From the IMG/VR virus record IMGVR_UViG_3300045988_128093, positions 1-31,456 of that record: 31,456 nt of DNA. The stretch is one strand, 5' to 3'. The translations under genes and the position numbers were made by a program. Shown here piece after piece: positions 5,732-13,596 of this stretch. Position 1 is the stretch's first letter. The number at the start of each line of letters is the position of its first letter. The notes beneath the pieces were generated by a model that was given only the letters and a program-made list of their open reading frames with translations, was not told the DNA's origin and did no database searches. This DNA is from a virus.

Positions 5732-5971
5732 ATGGGGAAATATAGAAGTACAGCATTTAGAGGGTTTCTTGATAAAGAGGTTGCGCAAGAGATAGCAGAT
5801 TTTATAGGAGCAGTAACTGAACGAGAAGCGATAGTGATCGTGTCTTGTCCTCGTGGGAAATCCCACATACATATTTTAGCGACGAATGAATCTGTAAGTG
5901 ATAAAGATAAAACAGAGATTAATAATTGGATAAAAAAAGAGGGTGGAGTTGTATATAGGTCAAGAAAATAG
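5732..5971 (+). CDS. Hypothetical protein (79 aa)
   Basis: Start moved to MGKYRS, with RBS GGGAGG. Confidence 0.55.
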   Translation: MGKYRSTAFRGFLDKEVAQEIADFIGAVTEREAIVIVSCPRGKSHIHILATNESVSDKDKTEINNWIKKEGGVVYRSRK

Positions 5972-5989
5972 GAGGGCTGTTTGCCCTCC
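5971..5989. terminator. Hairpin between convergent genes (GGAGGGC / GCCCTCC)
   Basis: 7-bp GC-rich stem with a 5-nt loop. A U-tract follows only on the minus-strand reading, where it terminates the 6000..6227 gene. Confidence 0.55.
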
Positions 5990-5999
5990 AGAGATAAAA

Positions 6000-6227
6000 C
6001 TAAGATTCTTGATTATAAGGAACTGTGCAAGGTGGGAATCTTTCGCACAACACAGCATCACCGTAATCAAATGCTGAAAAAGCACCCTCTGAACTTAATT
6101 GAAGAAGAATGGAGCGAAGTTCATCGAAACTGATTCCCAAAGAATCTGCACATTCAGAATCAAGTTCAAAATGGTGGTTATCATCAGTTAGATGATTAAG
6201 AACATATTTTCTTATCTTTGACTTCAT
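6000..6227 (-). CDS. Hypothetical 75-aa protein, reverse-oriented inside the early operon
   Basis: ORF track. An upstream minus-strand TG-extended TATAAT (TGATATAAT) is present, and the terminator hairpin lies downstream. Confidence 0.55.
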   Translation of the reverse strand: MKSKIRKYVLNHLTDDNHHFELDSECADSLGISFDELRSILLQLSSEGAFSAFDYGDAVLCERFPPCTVPYNQES

Positions 6228-6301
6228 AAAACACCTCGAATAACAAACAAAATAAGAATTTTAATTGATTATATCACAACGTATATAGAGAGGAGTACAA
6301 C

Positions 6302-6655
6302 ATGGAAGGATTTTGCAGAGATTGTGGGCAACTACATTTAGTTGCAGCAGAAACACAAGAGGAAGCAGATGAAATCGCAACAGCAAGATGTGATTGTGAG
6401 AATGAAGAGAAGTGGCACAGGCTCATGAATGCAAATGTTGAAATGTTATGTGGTGAGCAATCGAGGGAGATGCAACTACAGCCATTGTGCAATTCTGGCA
6501 TCGAACTTGTGAAGAAAACATGCGAGCTCATAAGAGCTAATGTGATCGATAAATCGAAAATCAATATCGCAAACAGCGAAATAACGATAACGAGAAAGAA
6601 TGACAAAATCGACATCAAGCGAGTGAAGAAGCAAACAAATCAAATGATGATTTAA
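6302..6655 (+). CDS. Hypothetical protein with a Cys-rich N-terminus
   Basis: ORF track. RBS GAGAGGAG. CxxC...CxC pattern. Confidence 0.6.
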   Translation: MEGFCRDCGQLHLVAAETQEEADEIATARCDCENEEKWHRLMNANVEMLCGEQSREMQLQPLCNSGIELVKKTCELIRANVIDKSKINIANSEITITRKNDKIDIKRVKKQTNQMMI

Positions 6656-6670
6656 GACAGGAGGGGCACG

Positions 6671-6889
6671 ATGGAACAGCTACGAATTTTGCATTATGCG
6701 AAAGCGCATATCGAAACGCAAATTGAGGTAATTGACGAGAAAGCCGAAGAGGCGCGCGAAGATTATCAGACGGGAACAGCAAGTCTCTTGTATTCGACGA
6801 TTGAAGATTTAAAGAGAGAACGCGAGGACCTCAACAAGATGATTGAGGAAGTAGAGTGGAAAGAGAAACACCAGGAGGAAATGAAATGA
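6671..6889 (+). CDS. Hypothetical coiled-coil protein
   Basis: ORF track. RBS AGGAGGGG. Confidence 0.6.
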   Translation: MEQLRILHYAKAHIETQIEVIDEKAEEAREDYQTGTASLLYSTIEDLKREREDLNKMIEEVEWKEKHQEEMK

Positions 6890-7044
6890 TGATAGCAATG
6901 TTAATGCTGATTATATCGCTGATACTTGGCATCGCAGCCATGTGGATGCACTACCGCCAGCGATACGAAATATCGAACATATTATTCTTGATGTTCGATA
7001 TCGGAGTGATCGCAACAATCCTTCTTCCTGTGGTGTGTGTGTAA
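6886..7044 (+). CDS. 52-aa small membrane protein (2 predicted TM helices)
   Basis: Start moved to the ATG at 6886, 6 nt after AGGAGGA. Overlaps the preceding stop codon. Confidence 0.5.
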   Translation: MMIAMLMLIISLILGIAAMWMHYRQRYEISNILFLMFDIGVIATILLPVVCV

Positions 7045-7416
7045 ATGAAGGGGAACTATTACGATAACTGCGCCTATCCAAAGCCTAAAAGCACGAAAAA
7101 GAAAAAGAAGTCGAATGGCTGGAAAGACAAGGCGAACAGATTTTGTGCATACTGTGGAAAACCATACGCAGAGCGACATGAGGTATTTGGCGGCTCAAAT
7201 CGTCAAATTAGTATCGACAATGAGTTTCAAGTTGATGTGTGCAGAGCACACCATGAAGAGCTACACAGCAACTCGACAGAGTGGGCGAAGGCTGAAAATG
7301 AAAGGCTGAAAAAACACTATCAACAGCAGTATGAATCGCAATTAATTGATGAAGGTTATACAAAAGAACAAGCGAGAAGAGCATGGATGTTGCTCATCGG
7401 TCGCAACTACTTATAA
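7045..7416 (+). CDS. HNH/NinG-like zinc-binding nuclease-like protein
   Basis: CAYCG...HEVFGG.N......VCRAHHEELH pattern (CxxC ... H ... N ... CxxHH..H). Confidence 0.45.
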   Translation: MKGNYYDNCAYPKPKSTKKKKKSNGWKDKANRFCAYCGKPYAERHEVFGGSNRQISIDNEFQVDVCRAHHEELHSNSTEWAKAENERLKKHYQQQYESQLIDEGYTKEQARRAWMLLIGRNYL

Positions 7417-7428
7417 GGAGGAAACAAT

Positions 7429-7509
7429 ATGAATTGGACAGCAGTTGTTATCACAACACTAATTTGCGTAACAATCGCATTTTTGGCAGCGATTGGAAGC
7501 GATAAATAA
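7429..7509 (+). CDS. 26-aa membrane micro-peptide (MNWTAVVITTLICVTIAFLAAIGSDK)
   Basis: Manual translation. RBS AGGAGGA 6 nt upstream. Its stop overlaps the next ATG. Confidence 0.5.
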   Translation: MNWTAVVITTLICVTIAFLAAIGSDK

Positions 7510-7895
7510 TGAAGGGCAAAGCTGAATGCGATGCATGCGGCTGGGAACACGGAACACCGGGCGAAAATCGAGCATTTAGATGGTGCAGACGAATCAGAGG
7601 CGATGTGTGCGATAAGTGTTGCAAGGCATGTGAGCATAACGATGATTGGCATTGCAACTATGACAAAATGGGGCGATTAAAAATGAGGGAGCTTATTTTT
7701 AAAAATCGCATGGAAGAAATCAAGCTAGAGCGTTACAAGTCGCAATTAAAGCATGTGAAATCGCCAATAATTGCGGAGCATATCAGAGGCATTATATCAA
7801 TCATCGAATCACAGATTGAAGAGCGCGAAGCTTTGGAAGAAAAGATATGGAGTGGCGAAATCAATTATCTGGAGAAAGAAAATGAACGAGAATGA
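7509..7895 (+). CDS. Hypothetical Cys-rich protein
   Basis: ORF track. Ten cysteines in the first 50 residues. Confidence 0.6.
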   Translation: MKGKAECDACGWEHGTPGENRAFRWCRRIRGDVCDKCCKACEHNDDWHCNYDKMGRLKMRELIFKNRMEEIKLERYKSQLKHVKSPIIAEHIRGIISIIESQIEEREALEEKIWSGEINYLEKENERE

Positions 7896-8070
7896 AGTTA
7901 TATATGAAGCTGACGAATACGACAGAGCATCAGTTGAATTTTTAGCCAGCGAATTCATGCTTGAAAACAGAAGACAGCCAACAATTGAAGAGTTGCATGT
8001 GCTGCAAACAGGCTTCACGGCTGGAATTAAATTTATGAACAAGCTAATCGAGGAGAGCTGCAATGAATGA
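7882..8070 (+). CDS. Hypothetical protein (62 aa)
   Basis: Start moved to MNENEV, with RBS GGAG. Confidence 0.5.
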   Translation: MNENEVIYEADEYDRASVEFLASEFMLENRRQPTIEELHVLQTGFTAGIKFMNKLIEESCNE

Positions 8071-8314
8071 TATCAAATGGAAGGTGTTGCGCGAAGATTA
8101 TTTAGAAAATCTCGGTTTGAAAGTAACACTATATGCGCCAACGGGGTGCGCAAGCATGATCCGCATTGAATCAGAGGAAAAAGCAATCAGAACTATCGGT
8201 GGTAGTCGCTATGAAACAAAGGGCATTTATATTTTAAAAGATGGAAAGAGAACAAAACATAAGTATTCAAGTTTCGCAGAGGCAAAAGCGGCAGCGGAAA
8301 GGATGATTAGATGA
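8063..8314 (+). CDS. Hypothetical protein
   Basis: ORF track. RBS GAGGAGAG. Confidence 0.6.
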   Translation: MNDIKWKVLREDYLENLGLKVTLYAPTGCASMIRIESEEKAIRTIGGSRYETKGIYILKDGKRTKHKYSSFAEAKAAAERMIR

Positions 8315-8886
8315 TAACGAGCAAAGAATATATCGAGGCAAGGAATGAAGAGATGGCAAGATTTATGCTCGCCCATTATGGGCTAAAAGCACAGAAGATG
8401 AAGATGATTGAAGAATTATCAGAACTGATCCAAGCACTTGCGAAAGATGATATCAACGCAATCAAAGAAGAAGTTGCAGATGTTGAAGTTATGCTGATGC
8501 AAATAAAGGATGGCATGCGCATCGAAACTGCGGAAATAATGAATTACAAGCTGTTGGGCAGAAAGCGAGAATCGAGAATGCCAAAAGAAAATGACAGTGT
8601 GAAAACACCAGCACATTATGATTTAAATCTAAACGGAGTTGAGAGCATAGATGTAGTTAGGGCGGTGCTAGGTGATGAGGGATTCAGAAAACATTGCCGA
8701 GGCTGCGCCCTCAAGTATCTAATGAGAGCCGACAAAAAGAACGGACTAGAAGATTTAAAAAAAGCGCAGCAGTATCTGGAATGGGAAATCAAACTGCGAG
8801 AACGTGCGGAGAATAAGAGTGCCCATGAAGAAAAATGGGAACAGAAGAACGCAATCAACATAGATGGAGTTGCGCTCCATCCTTAA
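8311..8886 (+). CDS. MazG-like NTP pyrophosphohydrolase fused to a DUF3310-like domain
   Basis: N-terminus EELSELIQALAK...EEVADVEVMLMQI (MazG EExxE...ExxD). C-terminus PAHY...GVESIDVV...ALKYLMRADKKNGLEDLKKAQQYL (DUF3310 pattern). Confidence 0.6.
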   Translation: MITSKEYIEARNEEMARFMLAHYGLKAQKMKMIEELSELIQALAKDDINAIKEEVADVEVMLMQIKDGMRIETAEIMNYKLLGRKRESRMPKENDSVKTPAHYDLNLNGVESIDVVRAVLGDEGFRKHCRGCALKYLMRADKKNGLEDLKKAQQYLEWEIKLRERAENKSAHEEKWEQKNAINIDGVALHP

Positions 8887-9003
8887 AAAGCTATAAGGGC
8901 GGTAGCAAATATTTACCTCTATAATAAGCAAATCAAACTTGTATCGGTCATGAAGAAACTCCAATCAGCTGCCGCCTTTATATATGAAAGGGAAAATATA
9001 TAT

Positions 9004-10233
9004 ATGAAATTTATTGACTTCTTCTCTGGAGTGGGGGGGTTCACAAGAGGTTTGGAACTAGCAAATCATGAATGCATAGGGCACTGCGAATTCGACAAAT
9101 TCGCAGAAGCAAGCTACAGATCTATGCACACCATAACGGAAGAGCAACGAGCTCGCCTTGGTGAACAAGATAAAAAGAAAAGACAGAAGGAGATTTTGAA
9201 AAGTGAATACCTCAATGGAGAATGGTATGCAAATGATGTTCGAGCAGTTAGAGCTGCCAATATGCCAGTTGCAGACTGCTGGACCTTCGGAGCACCTTGT
9301 CAAGATTTCAGCATCGCTGGAAGAAGAGCAGGACTTGACGGAGAGCGAAGCAGTCTTGTGCGAGAAATTTTTAGAATCTTGGAAGAAACAGAAGAAACAA
9401 ATAAGCCCGAATGGCTTATATATGAAAACGTTAAAGGAATGCTGTCTGCTGGCAGAGGACTCGACTTCTTGTCAATCCTCGCTGAAATGGACCGACTCGG
9501 GTACGATGCAGAATGGCAGATTATCAATTCTAGATGGTATGTTCCGCAAAATCGGGAGCGCGTATACGTTATCGGACATAATCGAAGAAGACGCAGAGCC
9601 ACGATATTTCCTATCACGGGAAATGGCGGAGAAAATAGTACAAGGCAATTAATTGGCGGAGCACAGGCGCACCAAGTATATGATAGCAACGGAATCGCTT
9701 GCACGCAGAACGCACAAGCTGGCGGAGTTGGCGCGAAAACAGGGCTATATGCATTTGGTATAGACAAATCATCCAACAAACCACAGGAGCTACAAGTTGC
9801 GAACTGCCTTATGACAAAAGATTACGGAGTATCGAAGAGAAGAAGCGATGATACAGCCATTGCAATTCCTGTTTTAACACCAGCTAGAACAGAAAAGCGC
9901 CAAAATGGAAGAAGATGCAAGGAAGCTGGGGAAGATATGTTTACTCTAACAGCTCAAGACCAACACGGAATCGCAATCAAGGTCAAAGAAGCAACAAAAG
10001 GTGTGAAAGACATCTGGGCAGTGTGGAGCGAAAAGTATAATTGCTATTTAGCAATTAGAAAGCTGACACCTAAAGAGTGCTTTAGATTACAAGGGTGGAC
10101 AGATGATTATTTCGAAAAAGCAGAATTCGTAAACAGTAACAGCCAATTATACAAGCAAGCTGGAAACGGAGTCACAGTGAATGTTGTTAAAGCGATCGGC
10201 GAAAAGATAAAGGAGTGTGAACATGATAATTAA
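9004..10233 (+). CDS. DNA (cytosine-5) methyltransferase
   Basis: Motif I FFSGVGGF, IV GAPCQDFSIAG, VI ENVKGM, VIII QNRERVYVIG, X GNGVTVNV. Start moved to MKFIDFFSG. Confidence 0.95.
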   Translation: MKFIDFFSGVGGFTRGLELANHECIGHCEFDKFAEASYRSMHTITEEQRARLGEQDKKKRQKEILKSEYLNGEWYANDVRAVRAANMPVADCWTFGAPCQDFSIAGRRAGLDGERSSLVREIFRILEETEETNKPEWLIYENVKGMLSAGRGLDFLSILAEMDRLGYDAEWQIINSRWYVPQNRERVYVIGHNRRRRRATIFPITGNGGENSTRQLIGGAQAHQVYDSNGIACTQNAQAGGVGAKTGLYAFGIDKSSNKPQELQVANCLMTKDYGVSKRRSDDTAIAIPVLTPARTEKRQNGRRCKEAGEDMFTLTAQDQHGIAIKVKEATKGVKDIWAVWSEKYNCYLAIRKLTPKECFRLQGWTDDYFEKAEFVNSNSQLYKQAGNGVTVNVVKAIGEKIKECEHDN

Positions 10234-10317
10234 ACTAATAGGCATGATATACGGAAGACACAGCACTATATATAGAAGAATGATAGATGAGAAGGAAAGA
10301 AAGAAAAGAGGTTAAAC

Positions 10318-10560
10318 ATGTTAATAACACCAATAATAACACTGCTAATTATAGTAGTAGGTGCCGCAACACATGACTATTTTCAACGAAACGAAGAAGA
10401 AAAGAAAGCAAAAGTTGTGATGGCTGCAATAGTAGTGGGAGTAGCTTATATAGGTGTGCTCCCAGTATTTATTGAAATGTTTGGGCACATAAAAGAACAG
10501 ATATTAACTATGACAGCGCTTTTATCAACAGCATCTTTGATGTTTATTGCGGACCTCTAA
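10318..10560 (+). CDS. Hypothetical membrane protein (3 predicted TM helices)
   Basis: ORF track. Hydrophobic segments. Confidence 0.55.
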   Translation: MLITPIITLLIIVVGAATHDYFQRNEEEKKAKVVMAAIVVGVAYIGVLPVFIEMFGHIKEQILTMTALLSTASLMFIADL

Positions 10561-10572
10561 AGGAGAAAAGAA

Positions 10573-10998
10573 ATGAATTCAGTAATACTGATTGGCAGAT
10601 TAACAAGAGATCCAGAACTTGTGTATACACCAGGCAATCAAACTGCAGTAACACATTTTAGCATTGCAGTTGATAGACCAACATCACAAGGGAAAGAGAG
10701 GCAAGCTGACTTCATCCGAATAACAACATTCGGAAAGCAAGCAGAAAACTGCGACAGATATTTACATAAGGGGAAACAAGTAGCTGTTAACGGTAGAATC
10801 CAAACAGGCAGCTACAAGAACAAAGAGGGGCAAACAGTATATACAACAGATGTAATTGCCAACAATGTTGAGTTCCTGGGCAGCAGCCAGCAAGGAACTC
10901 CAAGGCAGCCAGATGAAGCATATACAGATACAGCACCGCAGTTCGGTGAAGAGATGCCTGATGCATTCGAGGCAACTGAAGAGGACATACCATTTTAG
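10573..10998 (+). CDS. ssb: Single-stranded DNA-binding protein
   Basis: OB-fold N-terminus NSVILIGRLTRDPEL and an acidic C-terminal tip EEDIPF. Confidence 0.95.
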   Translation: MNSVILIGRLTRDPELVYTPGNQTAVTHFSIAVDRPTSQGKERQADFIRITTFGKQAENCDRYLHKGKQVAVNGRIQTGSYKNKEGQTVYTTDVIANNVEFLGSSQQGTPRQPDEAYTDTAPQFGEEMPDAFEATEEDIPF

Positions 10999-11010
10999 GA
11001 GAGAAATAAA

Positions 11011-11346
11011 ATGACATATGAAGAGGCAATAAAGCATTCAGAAGAAATTGCAGCAACAAATTGCGATGGATACAGAGAAGAGCATGAGCAGATAGCTGCA
11101 TGGCTTAAAGAGCTAAAGGCGATAAAAAAAGAATCAATCATAATTCCCAACGATGGAACTCCGTGGGAGATAGCGCAGCTCATCATAAATGCAAAGCGGA
11201 CAGTTCGAGATACAAGATATATTGGAATATATATGGAAGGAAAAATAAAAACATTTAGCAAGAAAGAGATTAAAGCTATCGGAAAGCATCTTCTAGGATA
11301 TGCGGAAACAGAGCAAGAACTAGAGCAAGCAAAAAGCTGCAAATAA
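11011..11346 (+). CDS. Hypothetical protein
   Basis: ORF track. RBS AGGAGAG. Confidence 0.6.
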   Translation: MTYEEAIKHSEEIAATNCDGYREEHEQIAAWLKELKAIKKESIIIPNDGTPWEIAQLIINAKRTVRDTRYIGIYMEGKIKTFSKKEIKAIGKHLLGYAETEQELEQAKSCK

Positions 11347-11358
11347 AGAGGGCAAAAG

Positions 11359-11718
11359 ATGAACCGTGAAGAACTTTTCGAAAACATAAAAACTCTCGCA
11401 AGTGAAGAAAGAGACGAGCGAAGAAAAGAAAACAAAGAGATTTTAAGAGAGCTTAAAGAAATTAAAGAGCTTTTAAAAGAAAAAAACAACAGTAATAACA
11501 GAGTGATAACAAGATGGAAGGTGAGAGTCGCATTTCTTGATATGGATAATCGAATTTATCTCCAAGAAGAAAAAAACGTAATCGCAAAAACAAAGAGCGA
11601 GGCTTTGGAAAAAGCGAAGGAAAGATGCGAAGAGCGGAGCTGGGGGAAGAAAGCAACGATTATCACAGCTGAAGACATCATCATAAATGAAAGCGAGAAA
11701 CTAAATGGCAATAATTAA
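11359..11718 (+). CDS. Hypothetical protein
   Basis: ORF track. Confidence 0.6.
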   Translation: MNREELFENIKTLASEERDERRKENKEILRELKEIKELLKEKNNSNNRVITRWKVRVAFLDMDNRIYLQEEKNVIAKTKSEALEKAKERCEERSWGKKATIITAEDIIINESEKLNGNN

Positions 11719-11890
11719 GAAAACAGTATCTGTTGATAAGACATATGTTGAGTTAGTGAATGGAAGCAAACTAGAAAAGCTTGCTCCATACATTTTACAA
11801 ATTGAAACAGATAAACAGTACAGCAACGGATCATACGGAGTATATATCTGTGAACTCACTGAAGAGGGACACAGGCTAAATAAGTGGTGA
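11705..11890 (+). CDS. Hypothetical protein
   Basis: ORF track. Weak RBS. Confidence 0.45.
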   Translation: MAIIKKTVSVDKTYVELVNGSKLEKLAPYILQIETDKQYSNGSYGVYICELTEEGHRLNKW

Positions 11891-11895
11891 TATGA

Positions 11896-11991
11896 ATCTG
11901 CGGTTACAATTTAATACCAATAATAAAAAGAGCACACAAAACAAATAAACCGCAGAGCATATAGATTCGCAGATGGCTAAATGCCATCTGC
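11896..11991. repeat. Iteron/hairpin cluster upstream of the Rep-like gene (candidate origin and/or early-operon terminator)
   Basis: ATCTGCG at 11896-11902 and its reverse complement CGCAGAT at 11968-11974. The 9-bp inverted repeat TCTGCGGTT (11897-11905) / AACCGCAGA (11948-11956). A perfect 9-bp hairpin GCAGATGGC-taaat-GCCATCTGC at 11969..11991. Confidence 0.45.
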
Positions 11992-12100
11992 AATTTAAAC
12001 AAAAAATTACATTATATATAGAAGAAAAAAAGAGGCGGTGAGAATCCGCCATGAAGGTTCATCAGAGTATTAACAGTAGGGCTATTAAGAGGAGCACAAA

Positions 12101-12946
12101 ATGTTAGAAAGAGTTATTCGAGAAACATGCATAGCGGGAGCAGTCATAGATAGATGTATCAAAGCTAGCTTTCCACACAAGGGCAAAAGAAAAAGAAAAG
12201 AAAAAGCCACACCAGATGCGGTTAAAAAGAATAATGATATGCTCGCAACAAAAATGCTCACAAGATTGTTGAACCTAAACTTTTTTCCAGGTGATTATCA
12301 CACAACGCTAACATACGCAGAAATTGTTAGCGTTGAAGAGGCTAATCGACAACTTGACAATTGGATCAAGAGAATGAGAAGGGAGTATCAGAAACTAGAT
12401 AAAGAATTTTATTATATCGCAGTAACAGAATATAAGAATCACAGAGTGCACCACCATGTTGTGATGAACTATATCGACAGCAGAATAATTGATAAGCAGT
12501 GGAAGTGCGGTCACATCTGGCTATCAACATTGGATAAGTCACGCAACTACAGGAAGCTTGCGGAGTATTTAATAAAAGAAACACAAAAGACTTTCAGAGA
12601 ACCTGGCAACTCTACAAAGAGAAGATGGAAACCAAGCCGCAATTTGAAGAGACCAGTCGTTAAGAGAGAATGGGTGTCGATATCACAGTTATTTCAAAAT
12701 CTTGATGAGCTAAAGCCAATCAAGGGGTATGAGATAGATAGAGAGTCTGTGCGCAAATATACCAATCCTGTAACAGGGCTTGAGCACATCGAATATCAAA
12801 TGATATCAACGGAAGCTGTTCCAAGATTGAAGGTATGGCGCAAGGGAAGAAAGCTGAAGCGAAACGAAACATATATTCGCATGCAAGATATAAGGCAGCT
12901 TGATATGGAGCTGCAAGATAATACAGCAATCTGGGATGTGCTGTAG
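12101..12946 (+). CDS. HUH-superfamily rolling-circle Rep-like protein
   Basis: Three ordered motifs: YHTTLTY (motif I-like), RVHHHVVMN (HUH-like), KLAEYLIKE (YxxK catalytic Tyr-like), with spacing as in RCR initiators. Confidence 0.5.
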   Translation: MLERVIRETCIAGAVIDRCIKASFPHKGKRKRKEKATPDAVKKNNDMLATKMLTRLLNLNFFPGDYHTTLTYAEIVSVEEANRQLDNWIKRMRREYQKLDKEFYYIAVTEYKNHRVHHHVVMNYIDSRIIDKQWKCGHIWLSTLDKSRNYRKLAEYLIKETQKTFREPGNSTKRRWKPSRNLKRPVVKREWVSISQLFQNLDELKPIKGYEIDRESVRKYTNPVTGLEHIEYQMISTEAVPRLKVWRKGRKLKRNETYIRMQDIRQLDMELQDNTAIWDVL

Positions 12947-12974
12947 GCACTTGAAGTGCGGAAAGGAAGGAAGC

Positions 12975-13400
12975 ATGATAGCGAGAGAATTTCTTGAAGG
13001 CTACAAAAGAATCATTACGAGGATAAGGCAGCTTGAGAGGCAGATTCAAGACATCGAAGAAACACTAGGTGTGAAAGCAGTTAGCTATGATTCACAGCCA
13101 CATGGCTCTGGAATAAGTAAGGTCACCGAGAACACCGCAGTAAAGTTGGCAGCAATTCGAGATCAGAAAGAATTATTGATTGCAGAGCTCTGGAAGCAGA
13201 GGTTAAGAATCGAAAATGAAATTTACAAAATGAGTGATGCAACATATGCAGAAATTCTGCGCAGAAGATACATTGAAGGTGAGAGATGGGATGATATCGC
13301 AAAAGCCATAAATGCAGCAAAAAGATGGACTTTGACATTGCACGGAAGAGCGCTGAAAGAACTCGATAACCAACTAAAAGAACAGAGCAAGGAAGATTAA
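12975..13400 (+). CDS. Sigma-70 region-4-like late transcriptional activator (RinA/ArpU/DUF1492-like)
   Basis: Start moved to MIAREF, with RBS AAGGAAGGA. The C-terminus YAEILRRRYIEGERWDDIAKAIN...RWTLTLHGRALKEL is a region-4 type HTH. It lies upstream of the packaging genes. Confidence 0.6.
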   Translation: MIAREFLEGYKRIITRIRQLERQIQDIEETLGVKAVSYDSQPHGSGISKVTENTAVKLAAIRDQKELLIAELWKQRLRIENEIYKMSDATYAEILRRRYIEGERWDDIAKAINAAKRWTLTLHGRALKELDNQLKEQSKED

Positions 13401-13596
13401 CCATACTTACCCCTTAAAATAGCTAGGGCGAAAAAAACAAAATAAATCACTAAAAATCATTTAAATGCACATATCCGACTTGATATAGTATAAGTGCAAT
13501 AATAAGGATTCAGGGGAGAGCGAAGGTGTTGAAAATTCAGCATCGTCGCTTTTTTCTTGCGTTAATACAAATATAAAAACTGCTGAAGAGGCTAGA

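Noticed and set aside
9203-9652. 149-aa alternative-frame ORF inside the C5 methyltransferase, and the many minus-strand ORFs inside terL, the capsid gene, TMP and tail genes
   Set aside because: They are fully nested within genes that have strong motif or positional support. They lack RBSs and have biased, low-complexity translations, as expected for frame shadows.
10244-10315. 23-aa ORF (MIYGRHSTIYRRMIDEKERKKRG) in the gap after the C5 methyltransferase
   Set aside because: There is no convincing RBS, the sequence is highly basic and low-complexity, and its 3' end is the RBS region of the next gene.
12051-12107. 18-aa mini-ORF upstream of the Rep-like gene
   Set aside because: It has no good RBS and overlaps the Rep RBS and start. 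It might be a leader peptide, but nothing supports that.
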